Shown in pieces: positions 10,601 to 22,600 of a stretch of DNA of 64,000 bases; the first letter of the stretch is position 1, and each line of letters opens with the position of its first letter. The stretch is from an uncultured Elusimicrobia bacterium (GTDB taxonomy: Bacteria > Elusimicrobiota > Elusimicrobia > 2-01-FULL-59-12), in assembly GCA_963702895.1 (NCBI GenBank), contig OY969767.1:1856001-1920000 (forward strand), read 5' to 3'. A program made the position numbers and the translations under genes. The notes under the pieces are model-generated. The model made no database searches. It was not told the DNA's origin and saw only the letters and a list, made by a program, of their open reading frames with translations.

Positions 10601-13600
10601 TCCGGTGATCGGCGCGACGACGGACACGGACGTCGCGCCGGGTCCGACGTCCGACGTCGCAGACGTGTAGGGTGTTTTGGTGGAGCCATAGACGACGAAG
10701 TTGCCGCCGTTGTTGATGGTCAGCCCGTATTGTCCTGCGGTTCCCCCATAGGCCAAGACCAAGGTCGCGGTCGAGCCCGCCGGAATCGGCGTGGCCGCGG
10801 TGCCCAGGGTGAGGGTCCCGCCCGCGGCCACCGTCATCGAGCCTTTGACCAACGTAAAGGTGCTTGACTGGACCGTGCTGAACTGCAGGGTGCCGTTCAC
10901 CGTCGTCGTTGACGCCGTCCCGAGTCCCGTGTCCAGCGTCACAACGTCGCCGGCCAGGATCGTCACCGCATTGCAGGTGCCAGGCACTTTCGCCGTTTTC
11001 CAGGTGGAGGCGCTCGACCAGTTGCCGCCGCCCGTGCCGTTCGAGGTGATGGGACCGCCAAAACTCCACCAGAGATTGTTTCCGGCATTGACGCTCTCGC
11101 AATCGGTCACGATTTGAATGCCGCCCGAGGCATTGGAGTCTTTCACGTTGACGTTCTGCACCGACTGCGTAGCCCCGGTGGCCAGGACGATGAGCCACTG
11201 CGAGCTGTCCTTCACGCTCCGCAGGCCGAGCTTCGTCCCGGAGGGTGGTCCGAGCGAGAGAGAGTTGAGAGCAGAGAAACTAGAGGGGGCAACGGCAAAC
11301 TGCAGCGTCGTGCCTTGGGCGAGTGCGGTGAAGGTACCGACCACCAAGCTGTCGCGGAAGCGCACGCCGCCCGCTGAGGTGTTCGTGATATCCAGCCAGG
11401 CGTACGTGCGGGTGGAGGACCAGACGTTTTGGACGGCGGAACCGCTGAGCGTCATGGTGCTGGTTCCGGCGTTAAAGACTGTGTTCGTGCTGATCGTCAC
11501 GTCTCCGGCGACCGTAATGGAGGAGCTTCCGGCCGTGAACGTCCCGGAGGAAAGCGTGAGACTCCCTGCTGTTTGGAGTGCGTCCTTCAAAGTGAGGCCA
11601 GCGCCCGTCACCTGCATGTGATAGAAGGATTTTCCGGCACAGGTGGACTGCTGCACCGAAGCGCCGGCGAAGATGACGGTGCTCGTCCCGGCGTCAAAAT
11701 TGCCGGAGCCGGTGAGGTCGATCCCGGAACCATTTAAGGTGACGACGGACGTCCCGAGCTGGACCACGCCGGTCTGGCGCCAAACGCCATTCACCGTGAC
11801 CGAGCTTCCTTCGGGCTGGAGGCCACCAGCGATAACCAGGTTCTGGTTGGTGGTGAGCTGACCTTTGGGTTTGTAGCTGGTAGCGGGCCAAACATAGAGC
11901 GATTTTCCCGAGGCCGTGGTGAGGGCCGTGCCGGTGACGGAGTAGATCGCGGTCATGTCGGCGTTGCCGTTGTTCGCCGCGGCCAAGAGCGCGTTGGTGA
12001 CCGGAGTTCCCTCCGGAACATCGGAGCGAACGATCAAGTGGTCTTGGTAGAGATCGATTTGGGCATTGGATTCACCCGAGGCCAACACGGCGGTGACCGC
12101 TTTTTCACTTGCCCCGGAGAGATACAGCGCAATGGTGGCACCAGGGGTGAGGTTTAAGCCGCTGAAAGTGAACTGGCCGCTTGTGTCGGTCGTAGCCGTG
12201 TAAGCGGGCGCGGCGCCATTCACGGAAAGCGCCACCGTGCGCCCCGAGCCCAAAGGCGTCGTGCCGGTGTCGGCGTAGGCGGTTCCGGAGATGCCCGGCA
12301 AAGAGATCATTGCAAAGAATCCCACCTGCCGTCCGCCGATGGCGCTAAAATTACCACCCACATACGCCGTTCCGCCGGAAACCACGAGGGCTTTAACCTC
12401 GCCATTCGCGTTGGGGTTCCAGGAAGTGGCGTTGCCGCTGGAGTCCAAGGCCGCAATACGATTGCGCGTCTGGCCGCCAATCGTGGTGAAATTGCCTCCC
12501 GCATAGACCACACCACCCGAAACCGCAAGGGCGTTGACACCGATGTTGACGTTGCCAACGTTCCAGGCGGTGGCGTTGCCGCTGGAGTCCAAGGCCGCAA
12601 TACGATTGCGCGTCTGGCCGCCAATCGTGGTGAAATTGCCTCCCGCATAGACCACACCACCCGAAACCGCGAGGGCGCTGACGGTGTTATTGACGGTGCC
12701 AGCGTTCCAGGACGTGGCGTTGCCGCTGGAGTCCAAGGCCGCGATATAGTTGCGCGTCTGGCCGCCAATCGTGGTGAAATTGCCTCCCGCATAGACCACA
12801 CCACCCGAAACCGCGAGGGCGCTGACGGTGTTATTGACGGTGCCAGCGTTCCAGGACGTGGCGTTGCCGCTGGAGTCCAAGGCCGCGATATAGTTGCGCG
12901 TCTGACCTCCGATGGTGGTGAAAGAGCCTCCCGCATACACCACACCACCCGAAACCGCAAGGGCCACGACGCTGCTGTTGACAGCGCCAGCGTTCCAGGA
13001 AGTGGCGTTGCCACTGGCGTCTAAGGCCGCGATATAGTTTCGCGTCTGACCTCCGATGGTGGTGAAATTGCCTCCCGCATAGACCACACCACCCGAAACC
13101 GCGAGGGCGCTGACGGTGTTATTGACGGTGCCAGCGTTCCAGGACGTGGCGTTGCCGCTGGAGTCCAAGGCCGCGATATAGTTGCGCGACTGGCCACCGA
13201 TCGTGGTGAAAGAGCCTCCCGCATACACCACACCGCCCGAAACCGCGAGGGCGCTGACGACAGCACTGGCGTTGGGGTTCCAGGACGTGGCGTTGCCGCT
13301 GGAGTCCAAGGCGGCAATAGAGTTGCGCGTCTGGCCGCCGATCGTGGTAAAGCCCCCTCCCGCATACACCACACCATCCGAAACCGCAAGGGCCACGACG
13401 CCGCTGTTGACAGCGCCAGCGTTCCAGGAAGTGGCGTTGCCACTGGCGTCCAAGGCCGCGATGCGGTTGCGCGTCTGGCCGCCGATCGTGGTGAAGTAGC
13501 CTCCCGCATACACCACACCACCCGAAACCGCGAGGGCGTTGACGTCGTTGTTGACGGCGCCAGCGTTCCAGGAAGTAGCGTTGCCGCTGGCGTCGAGTGC

Positions 13601-16600
13601 GGCGATGCGGTTGCGGGTCTGGCCGCCGATCGTGGTGAAAGAGCCTCCCGCATACACCACGCCACCCGAAACCGCGACGGCGCGGACGCTGTCGTTGACG
13701 GCGCCAGCGTTCCAGGAAGTGGCGTTGCCGCTGGCGTCGAGTGCGGCGATGCGGTTGCGGGTCTGGCCGCCGATCGTGGTGAAATTGCCTCCCGCATACA
13801 CCACGCCGCCCGAAACCGCAAGGGCCCTGACGAAGTTGTTGACGGCGCCAGCGTTCCAGGAAGTAGCGTTGCCGCTTAAGTCCAAGGCCGCGATACGATT
13901 GCGCGTCTGGCCGCCGATCGTGGTGAACTCACCTCCCACGTAAACTGTTCCACCGGAGAATGCAAGAGCCACTACCCCGCTGCCCTCGGCATTCGGATTC
14001 CAGGCGGGGTCCACCTGTCCGCTGGGTAGTATATGGGCGATGTTGTTGCGGGCCAGACCGCCTACGTGCGTAAACCATCCCCCGATATACCATCCACCTC
14101 TTCCATCCGGCACCGCCGCGTAGACCGCCCCTGCCACCTTGGCATAGGGCGAAACAGGCAGGCCGGTTGCCTCGGAAATCGGCACCCCTGAGCCCGTGTT
14201 GGGGCCCACCATGGTGAAAGACCCGCCAATATAGGTCGTGGTGCCGTCACGCAGCACCGCAATGACAGTACCGTTGGTCGTCCAGGCCTGGTCGTTCGGG
14301 ATGTCCGACATCGGCACGATCACCCAATTGACGTTGTTGCCGGAATCCACACAGCCTTGGTTGTTGGTCGTGCAGTAAAGCGTCTGGCCGCCGGAGGCGT
14401 TGTTGTCCTTGACGTCCAAGTAGCCGAGGCTCTGCACACCCGAGGTGGACAGAGCCAGATACGCCTGCGTGCTCGGGGTGCTCGAGCGCAAGGACAAGCG
14501 CGTCGTGACCGAAGACCCCTGCAGGGTGAGCGTCCCCAAGACGGTCTGCGTGGAGTTCGCCGGCAGCGTCAAGGTGTAGGGCGAGGTGGCGATCTTGACC
14601 AAGTCGAAGAACGTGGTCGAACCCGTCAAGCTCTGGTGGGTGCCGTTGAACGTCACGGAAGAGCCGCGGGCGGTGAAGGCGCCGCCGCTTGCCGCCCAAT
14701 TGGAGCTGATCGTGACGCTGTAGCTGCTCGTGGTCATGTCGAGCGTCCCGGCTGAAAGGGTGAGGTTCTCTTGGATGGTGAGTCCGCCGGTCGCATTGAA
14801 GGTGCCGCCGGAGCCATTAATAAGGAGATTGCGATAAGTCCATGTCGAGAGCACCACCGAAGCCCCGGTGGCATTGTAGGTGACGGTGGAGCCGGCGAGC
14901 GTATTGGGGGCCAGGGTGACGGTCTCGCTTCCCTTTAAGACGAGCGTGCCGGACAAGGTAAAGCTGGACGGCGTGAAGTTATACCCGGCCAGGGTCAAGG
15001 TCCCGCCGGCGTTCACGGCGGCGGTGCTGATGACGGTCGCCGCGCCCAGCGTCACGGCGTCATTGTTCAGGATCACCACCGCGTCGCAGGACCCCGGCGT
15101 ACCCGAGGGACTCCAAGTCGCGGCGCTCGACCAGTTTCCACCTCCGGTGCCGTTCGAGTTGTAAGCGGTGCCGCCACCACTAAAGGTCCAATTGACCGTG
15201 TGCCCCAGATTTTGGGACGGGCAACCGGCCGCGATCGTTTGGCCGCCCGCGGCGCCGGCGTCGTTGTCGATGACTTCCACGTAGCTGACGTTGTTCGACC
15301 CCGTGTTGTTGAAGTAGGCGTAAGTCCCGGGAGCTGTGGAGCGAATCGCGACGCGTTTGCCGCTCGCGCCGTTCAAGGACAGAGTGGTGAAGGTGAACGT
15401 GGAATTGGCTTGGAAGTAAACCGTGGTGGCGCTCGAGAGTCCCGCGCCATTCAAATAGAAGGTGTTCGCGGTGAAGCTGGAGGCAAACGTCACGCCGCCG
15501 GAGGTGGTGTTGGAATCTACCAACATCGTGAAGCTCGTGCCGCTCGGTTCATTAAAGGTTTGGGCGGCGCTGCCACTGAAGGTGAGGGTGCTCGTGTTCG
15601 GGATGAACTTGCCGCCGCCGTTGGTCCAGTTACCGCCCAACACGATCGCGGCGCTCGAGGTGTCGAGTGTGCCGGCATTCAAGGCCAGGCTCCCGGTCAA
15701 GGTGATCGCGTCCTTGAGCGTGAGCCCAGCGCCACTCACCGTCACGCTGTAGAAGGACTTGCCGGCGGAGGTGGACTGCTGGACCGAAGCGCCGGCGAAG
15801 ATGACGGTGCTGGTCCCCGCGTCAAAGGTGCTCGAGCTCGAAAGCACAATGCCCGAGCCGTTCAAGGTGACCACGGAGGTCCCCAAATAGACCGCGCCCG
15901 TCTGGCGCCACTCGCCGTTCACAGTCACCGAGCTGCCCTGGGGCTGTAAGATGCCGGCAATAACCAGGTTGTTGCCGGTCGTGAGCTGGCCTTTAGGTTG
16001 GTAAACGCGGTTCGACATGACATAGAGCGATTTGCCGCTTGCGGTGGTGAGTGCGTTGCCGGTGACCGAATAGATTGCGCTCATGTCGACGTTGCCGTTG
16101 TGCGCGGCGGCAAGCAGGGCGTTCGTGACCGGCGTTCCCTCCGGAACATCAGAGCGAACGATCAGGTGGTCTTGGTAGAGATCGATTTGGGCATTGGATT
16201 CACCCGAGGCCAGGACAGCGGTGACGGCTTTCTCAGACGCCCCGGAGAGGTAGAGCGCGATCGTGGTGCCGGGGGTGAGGTTCAATCCGGTGAAAGTGAA
16301 CTGGCCACTCCCATTGGTTGTGGCGGTGTAGGCGGGGGCGGCGCCGTTCACGGAGAGAGCGACGGTCCGCCCCGACCCCAAAGGCGTTGTGCCGGTGTCG
16401 GCGTAAGCGGTCCCGGTGATGCCGGGGACCGAGAGCATCGCGAAACCTCTTGCCGGCCGTCCGCCGATGGCAGTGAACTGGCCTCCCACATACATTATTC
16501 CGCCGGAGACCGTCAGTGCTTTGACCTCATCATTCGCATTGGGGTTCCACGAAGTGGCGGTGCCGGTGCCACTCAGGTTTATCACCGCGAGGCGCTCGCG

Positions 16601-19600
16601 CGACTGTGGGCCAATCGTGTGAAAGGCTCCTCCCACATAGACCACACCACCTGAAATCTCTAGGGTCCAGACAGGGTCACTGGGATCAGGGTCCCAAGAG
16701 GTGGCAGAGCCGGTACCGCTCACGTTCAGCGCGGCAAGATGGGAGCGCGATTGACCGCCGATCCCTAGGAAGTATCCTCCCGCATACACCAAACCGCCGG
16801 AAAACGCGAAGTCGTCAATGTCGAATCCATTGATAGTGTCTGGATTCCAGGAGGTGGCGTTGCCGGAAGCGTCCAAAGCGGCAATTCGGTTGCGCGTCTG
16901 ACCACCGATCGAGCTGAAGGAGCCTCCCACATAGACCAAGTTGTCCGAAACCGCTAGGGCGAGTACCGAGCTATCTCCGTCAGGATTCCAGGAGGTGGCG
17001 TTGCCGCTCCCGTCCAGCGCGGCGATACGATTGCGCGTCTGGCCGCCGATGGAATTGAAGTTTCCTCCCACATACATCAAGCCGCCAGAGAGGGCGAGGG
17101 TGTATATCGTGCTGCTGGCATTCGGGTTCCAGGAGGTGGCATTGCCGGAAGCGTCCAGAGCGGCGATGTAGTTGCGCGTCTGGCCGCCGATGGAACTGAA
17201 ATTTCCTCCCGCATACACCGTTCCGCCGGAGGCGACAAGTGCCCGAACCGTGCTGTTAGCATTCGGATTCCACGCGGTGGGATTGCCCGAGGCATCCAAA
17301 GCGGCGATATAGTTGCGCGTCTGGCCGCCGATGGAACTGAAGTAACCTCCCGCATACAACACCCCGCCCGAAACCGCGAGGGCATAGACGGTGCTATCCA
17401 CATTGCCAGCGTTCCAGGAAGAAGCGTTGCCGCTGGCATCAAGTGCAGCCATGCGGTTGCGCGTCTGGCCACCGATCGTGGTGAAGTAACCTCCCGCATA
17501 CATCGTTCCGCCGGAGAGGGCAAGAGCCGATACCGTGTTATTGGCATTCGGATTCCACGAGGTGGCATTGCCGGAAGCGTTCAAAGCGGCTATGCGGTTG
17601 CGCGTCTGGCCACCGATCGTGATGAACTCACCTGCCACATACACCGTTCCGCCGGAGGCGACAAGAGCATGCACGTAGTAACTGGCATTCGGATTCCAGG
17701 AGGTGGCGTTGCCGGAAGCGTCCAATGCGGCGATGTAGTTTCGCGTCTGGCCGCCGATGGTGGTAAAGTGGCCTCCCGCATACACCGTTCCGCCGGAGAC
17801 GGCAAGAGCGTGTACGTAGGGCCAGAAGCCTCCGGCGTTGGGGTTCCAGGAGGTGGCATTGCCGGTGGTAGTGTCCAAGGCGGCGATGCCGCTACGGGTT
17901 TGGCCGCCGATCGTGGTGAAGCTGCCTCCCGCGTAGACCAAGCTGCCGGAAACCGCCAAGGCCTGAACATAGGCAACGCCACCACTGGCGTTGGGGTTCC
18001 AGGACGTGGCGTTGCCCGTGGCGGTGTCCAGGGCGGCGATGCGGTTGCGCGTCTGGCCGCCGATGGTGGTGAAGAAGCCTCCCGCATACACCACACCACC
18101 CGAAACCGCGAGGGCGTAGACGATGCTGCTGGCGTTGGGGTTCCACGCCGGGTCCACCTGGCCGCTGGGCAGGATATGGGCGATGTTGTTGCGCGCGACG
18201 CCTCCGACATGGGTGAAGTTGCCTCCGATATACCAGCCGCCGCTTCCATCCGGCACCGCCGCCCTGATCCCTCCGTATTGCGATACTGTCACCTTGGGGT
18301 AAGGCAAAACCGGCAAACCGGTGGCCTCGGAAAGGGGCACCCCCGCGCCGATGTTCGGGCCCACCTGGGTGAAAGATCCGCCAATATAGGTGGTCGTACC
18401 GTCATGCAGGACCGCATAGACAGTGCCGTTAGTCCCCCACGCTTGTTCATTCGGAATGTCCGACATCGGCGCAAAGACCCAGTTCGTGTTGTTCCCGGAG
18501 TCCAAGCATCCCTGGTTATTCGTCGTGCAGACCAGCTGCTGACCGCCGGAGGCGTTGTTGTCCTTGACGTCCAAATAGCTCAGGCTCTGCACACCCGAAG
18601 TGGACAGCGCCAGATACGCCTGGGTGCTCGGGGTGCTCGAGCGCAAGTACAGGCGTGTGGTCGTGGACACGCCAACGAGCGTGAGCGTCCCCTGCACGGT
18701 CTGCGTGGAGTTCGCTGGGAAGGTGATCGTGTCCGTGGCCACGGCATACTTCACGAAGTCGTAGAAGGTGGTCGAGCCCGTCAGACGCTGGTACGTGCCG
18801 TTGAACGTCACGGAAGATGCGCGCGCGGTGAAGGTGCCGCCGCTTGCGATCCAGTTGGAACTGATCGTGACGCTGTAGCTGCTCGTGGTCATGTCGAGCG
18901 TCCCGGCTGAAAGGGTGAGGTTCTCTCGGATGGTGAGTCCGCCGGTCGCGCTAAACGTCCCTCCGCTCCCATTAATAAGGAGATTACGATAAGTCCAGGT
19001 AGAAAGTACCACGGAGGCCCCTGTGGCGTTGTAGGTGACGGTGGAGCCGGCGAGCGTATTGGGGGCCAGGGTCACGGTCTCGCTTCCTTTTAAGACGAGC
19101 GTTCCGGACAAGGTAAAGCTCGACGGCGTGAAGTTATACCCGGCCAGGGTCAAGGTCCCGCCGGCGTTCACGGCGGCGGTGCTGATGACGGTCGCCGCGC
19201 CCAGCGTCACGGCGTCATTGTTCAGGATCACCACCGCGTCGCAGGACCCCGGCGTACCCGAGGGACTCCAAGTCGCGGCGCTCGACCAGTTTCCACCTCC
19301 GGTGCCGTTCGAGTTGTAAGCGGTGCCGCCACCACTAAAGGTCCAATTGACCGTGTGCCCCAGATTTTGGGACGGGCAACCGGCCGCGATCGTTTGGCCG
19401 CCCGCGGCGCCGGCGTCGTTGTCGATGACTTCCACGTAGCTGACGTTGTTCGACCCCGTGTTGTTGAAGTAGGCGTAAGTCCCGGGAGCTGTGGAGCGAA
19501 TCGCGACGCGTTTGCCGCTCGCGCCGTTCAAGGACAGAGTGGTGAAGGTGAACGTGGAATTGGCTTGGAAGTAAACCGTGGTGGCGCTCGAGAGTCCCGC

Positions 19601-22600
19601 GCCATTCAAATAGAAGGTGTTCGCGGTGAAGCTGGAGGCAAACGTCACGCCGCCGGAGGAGGTGTTGGAATCGACCAACATCGTGAAGCTTGTGCCGCTC
19701 GGTTCATTAAAGGTTTGGGTGGCGCTGCCAATGAAGGTGATGGTGCTGGTGTTAGGGATGAACTTGCCGCCGCCGTTGGTCCAGTTACCGCCCAACACGA
19801 TCGCGGCGCTCGAGGTGTCCAGCGTCCCGGCGTTTAAGGCCAGGCTTCCGGTCATGGTAATCGCGTCCTTGAGTGTGAGTCCCGCACCATCAACCGTGAC
19901 GCTGTAGAAAGACTTGCCGGCGGAGGTGGACTGCTGCACGGAAGCCCCGGCGAAGATGACGGTGCTTGTCCCCGCGTCAAAGGTGCTCGAGCTCGTGAGG
20001 ACGATGCCGGCGCCATTTAAGGTAACCACGGAGGTCCCCAAATAGACCGCGCCGGTCTGATTCCAGAGGCCGTTCACCGTGACGGAGCTGCCTTGGGATT
20101 GGAAGGCCCCGGCGACGACGAGGTTCTGGTTGGTCGTGACCTGGCCTTGAGGTTGGTAGACCCTCCCCGGCCAAACATAGAGCGACTTGCCGGAGGCGGT
20201 CGTGAGCGAATTGCCCGAAACCGAGTAGATCGCCGTCATGTCGGCATTGCCGTTGTGTGCGGCGGCGAGCAGGGCGTTGGTGATCGGAGTCCCCTCCGGA
20301 ACATCGGAGCGGACAATGAGATGGTCTTGGTAGAGATCGATCTGGGCGTTGGATTCAGCGGAGGCAAGCACAGCCGTGACCGCTTTCTCGGCGGCCCCCG
20401 AGAGATAGAGCGCGATCGTGGTGCCGGCGGTGAGGTTGAGGCCTGTGAAGTTAAACTGGCCGCTCGAGTTGGTGACGGTGGTGTAGGCGGGGGTCGCGCC
20501 GTTCACGGAAAGCGCCACCGTGCGTCCCGAGCCCAACGGCGTGGTACCGGTGTCGGCGTAAGCGGTCCCGGAGATACCCGGCACGGAGATCATGGCGAAG
20601 CCTTGCGCCGGCCGGCCGCCGATGGTCGTGAAGGAGCCTCCCACATACGCCGTCCCGCCCGAAACCGCAAGGGCGTAGACGCCGCTGCCGGCGTTGGGGT
20701 CCCAGGACGTGGCGTTGCCGCTCGCGTCTAAGGCCGCGATCCGGTTGCGCGTCTGGCCGCCGATCGTGGTAAACCAACCTCCCGCATAGACCACGCCGCC
20801 CGAAACTGCGAGGGCGTTGACGCCGCTGCCGGCGTTGGGGTCCCAGGACGTGGCGGCTCCGCCGCCGCTCGCGTCTAAGGCCGCAATACGGTTGCGCGTC
20901 TGGCCGCCGATCGTGGTAAAGAAGCCTCCCGCATAGACCACCCCACCGGAAACAGCGAGGGCGCTGACGCTGCTGCCAGCGTTGGGGTCCCAGGACGTGG
21001 CGGCTCCGCCGCCGCTCGCGTCTAAGGCCGCAATACGGTTGCGCGTCTGGCCGCCGATCGTGGTGAAGGCGCCTCCCGCATAGACCACCCCACCGGAAAC
21101 AGCGAGGGCGCTGACGCCGCTGCCGGCGTTGGGGTCCCAGGACGTGGCGGCTCCGCCGCCGCTCGCGTCTAAGGCCGCGATCCGGTTGCGCGTCTGGCCG
21201 CCGATCGTGGTGAAGGAGCCTCCCGCATAGACCACACCACCCGAAACCGCGAGGGCGTTGACGGGGTTGCCAGCGTTGGGGTTCCAGGAGGTGGCGTTGC
21301 CGCTCGAGTCTAAGGCCGCGATCCGATTGCGCGTCTGGCCGCCGATCGTGGTAAAGGAGCCTCCCGCATAGACCACACCACCGGAAACAGCGAGGGCGTA
21401 GACGATGTTGTCGACGGCGCCAGCGTTCCAGGACGTGGCGTTGCCGCTCGAGTCCAGGGCGGCGATACGATTGCGCGTCTGGCCGCCGATCGTGGTGAAG
21501 TAGCCTCCCGCATAGACCACCCCGCCCGAAACCGCAAGGGCGTAGACGCTGTTGTCGACGGCGCCAGCGTTCCAGGAGGTGGCGGCTCCGCCGCCGCTGG
21601 CGTCTAAGGCCGCGATCCGGTTGCGCGTCTGGCCGCCGATGGTGGTGAAGGAGCCTCCCGCATAGACCACACCACCGGAAACAGCGAGGGCGCTGACGCT
21701 GCTGCCAGCGTTGGGGTTCCAGGAGGTGGCGTTGCCGCTCGCGTCTAAGGCCGCGATCCGGTTGCGCGTCTGGCCGCCAATCGTGTTGAAGGAGCCTCCC
21801 GCATAGACCACACCACCGGAAACAGCGAGGGCGCTGACGGGGTTGCCAGCGTTGGGGTTCCAGGACGTGGCGTTGCCGCTCGCGTCTAAGGCCGCGATAT
21901 AGTTGCGGGTCTGGCCGCCGATCGTGGTGAAGGCGCCTCCCGCATAGACCACAGCACCCGAAACCGCGAGGGCGCTGACGTTGCTAACGGCGTTGGGGTT
22001 CCAGGAGGTGGCGTTGCCGCTGGCATCGAGCGCCGCGATATAGTTGCGCGCCTGGCCGCCGATCGTGGTGAAGTAGCCTCCCGCATAGACCACACCACCC
22101 GAAACCGCAAGGGCGTAGACGCTGTTGTCGACGGCGCCAGCGTTCCAGGAGGTGGCGGCTCCGCCGCCGCTGGCGTCTAAGGCCGCGATCCGGTTGCGCG
22201 TCTGGCCGCCGATGGTGGTAAAGGAGCCTCCCGCATACACCACACCACCCGAAACCGCGAGGGCGTTGACGCTGCTGCCAGCGTTGGGGTTCCAAGAAGG
22301 GTCCACCTGGCCGCTCGGCAGGATATGGGCGATGCGGTTGCGCGCGACCCCGCCAACGTGCGTGAAAGAACCGCCGATATACCAGCCGCCGCTTCCATCC
22401 GGCACCGCCGCGTTGACGGACCCTGCCACCTTAGGATAAGGCGACACCATTAGGCCGGTGGTTTCGGAAATCGGCACCCCTGAGCCTGTGTTCGGGCCCA
22501 CCTGGGTGAAATCGCCTCCGATATAGGTCGTCGTGCCATCGCGCAGGATGGCGTAAACCGTGCCGTTAGTCACCCAGGCCTGGTCGTTCGGGACGTCCGA

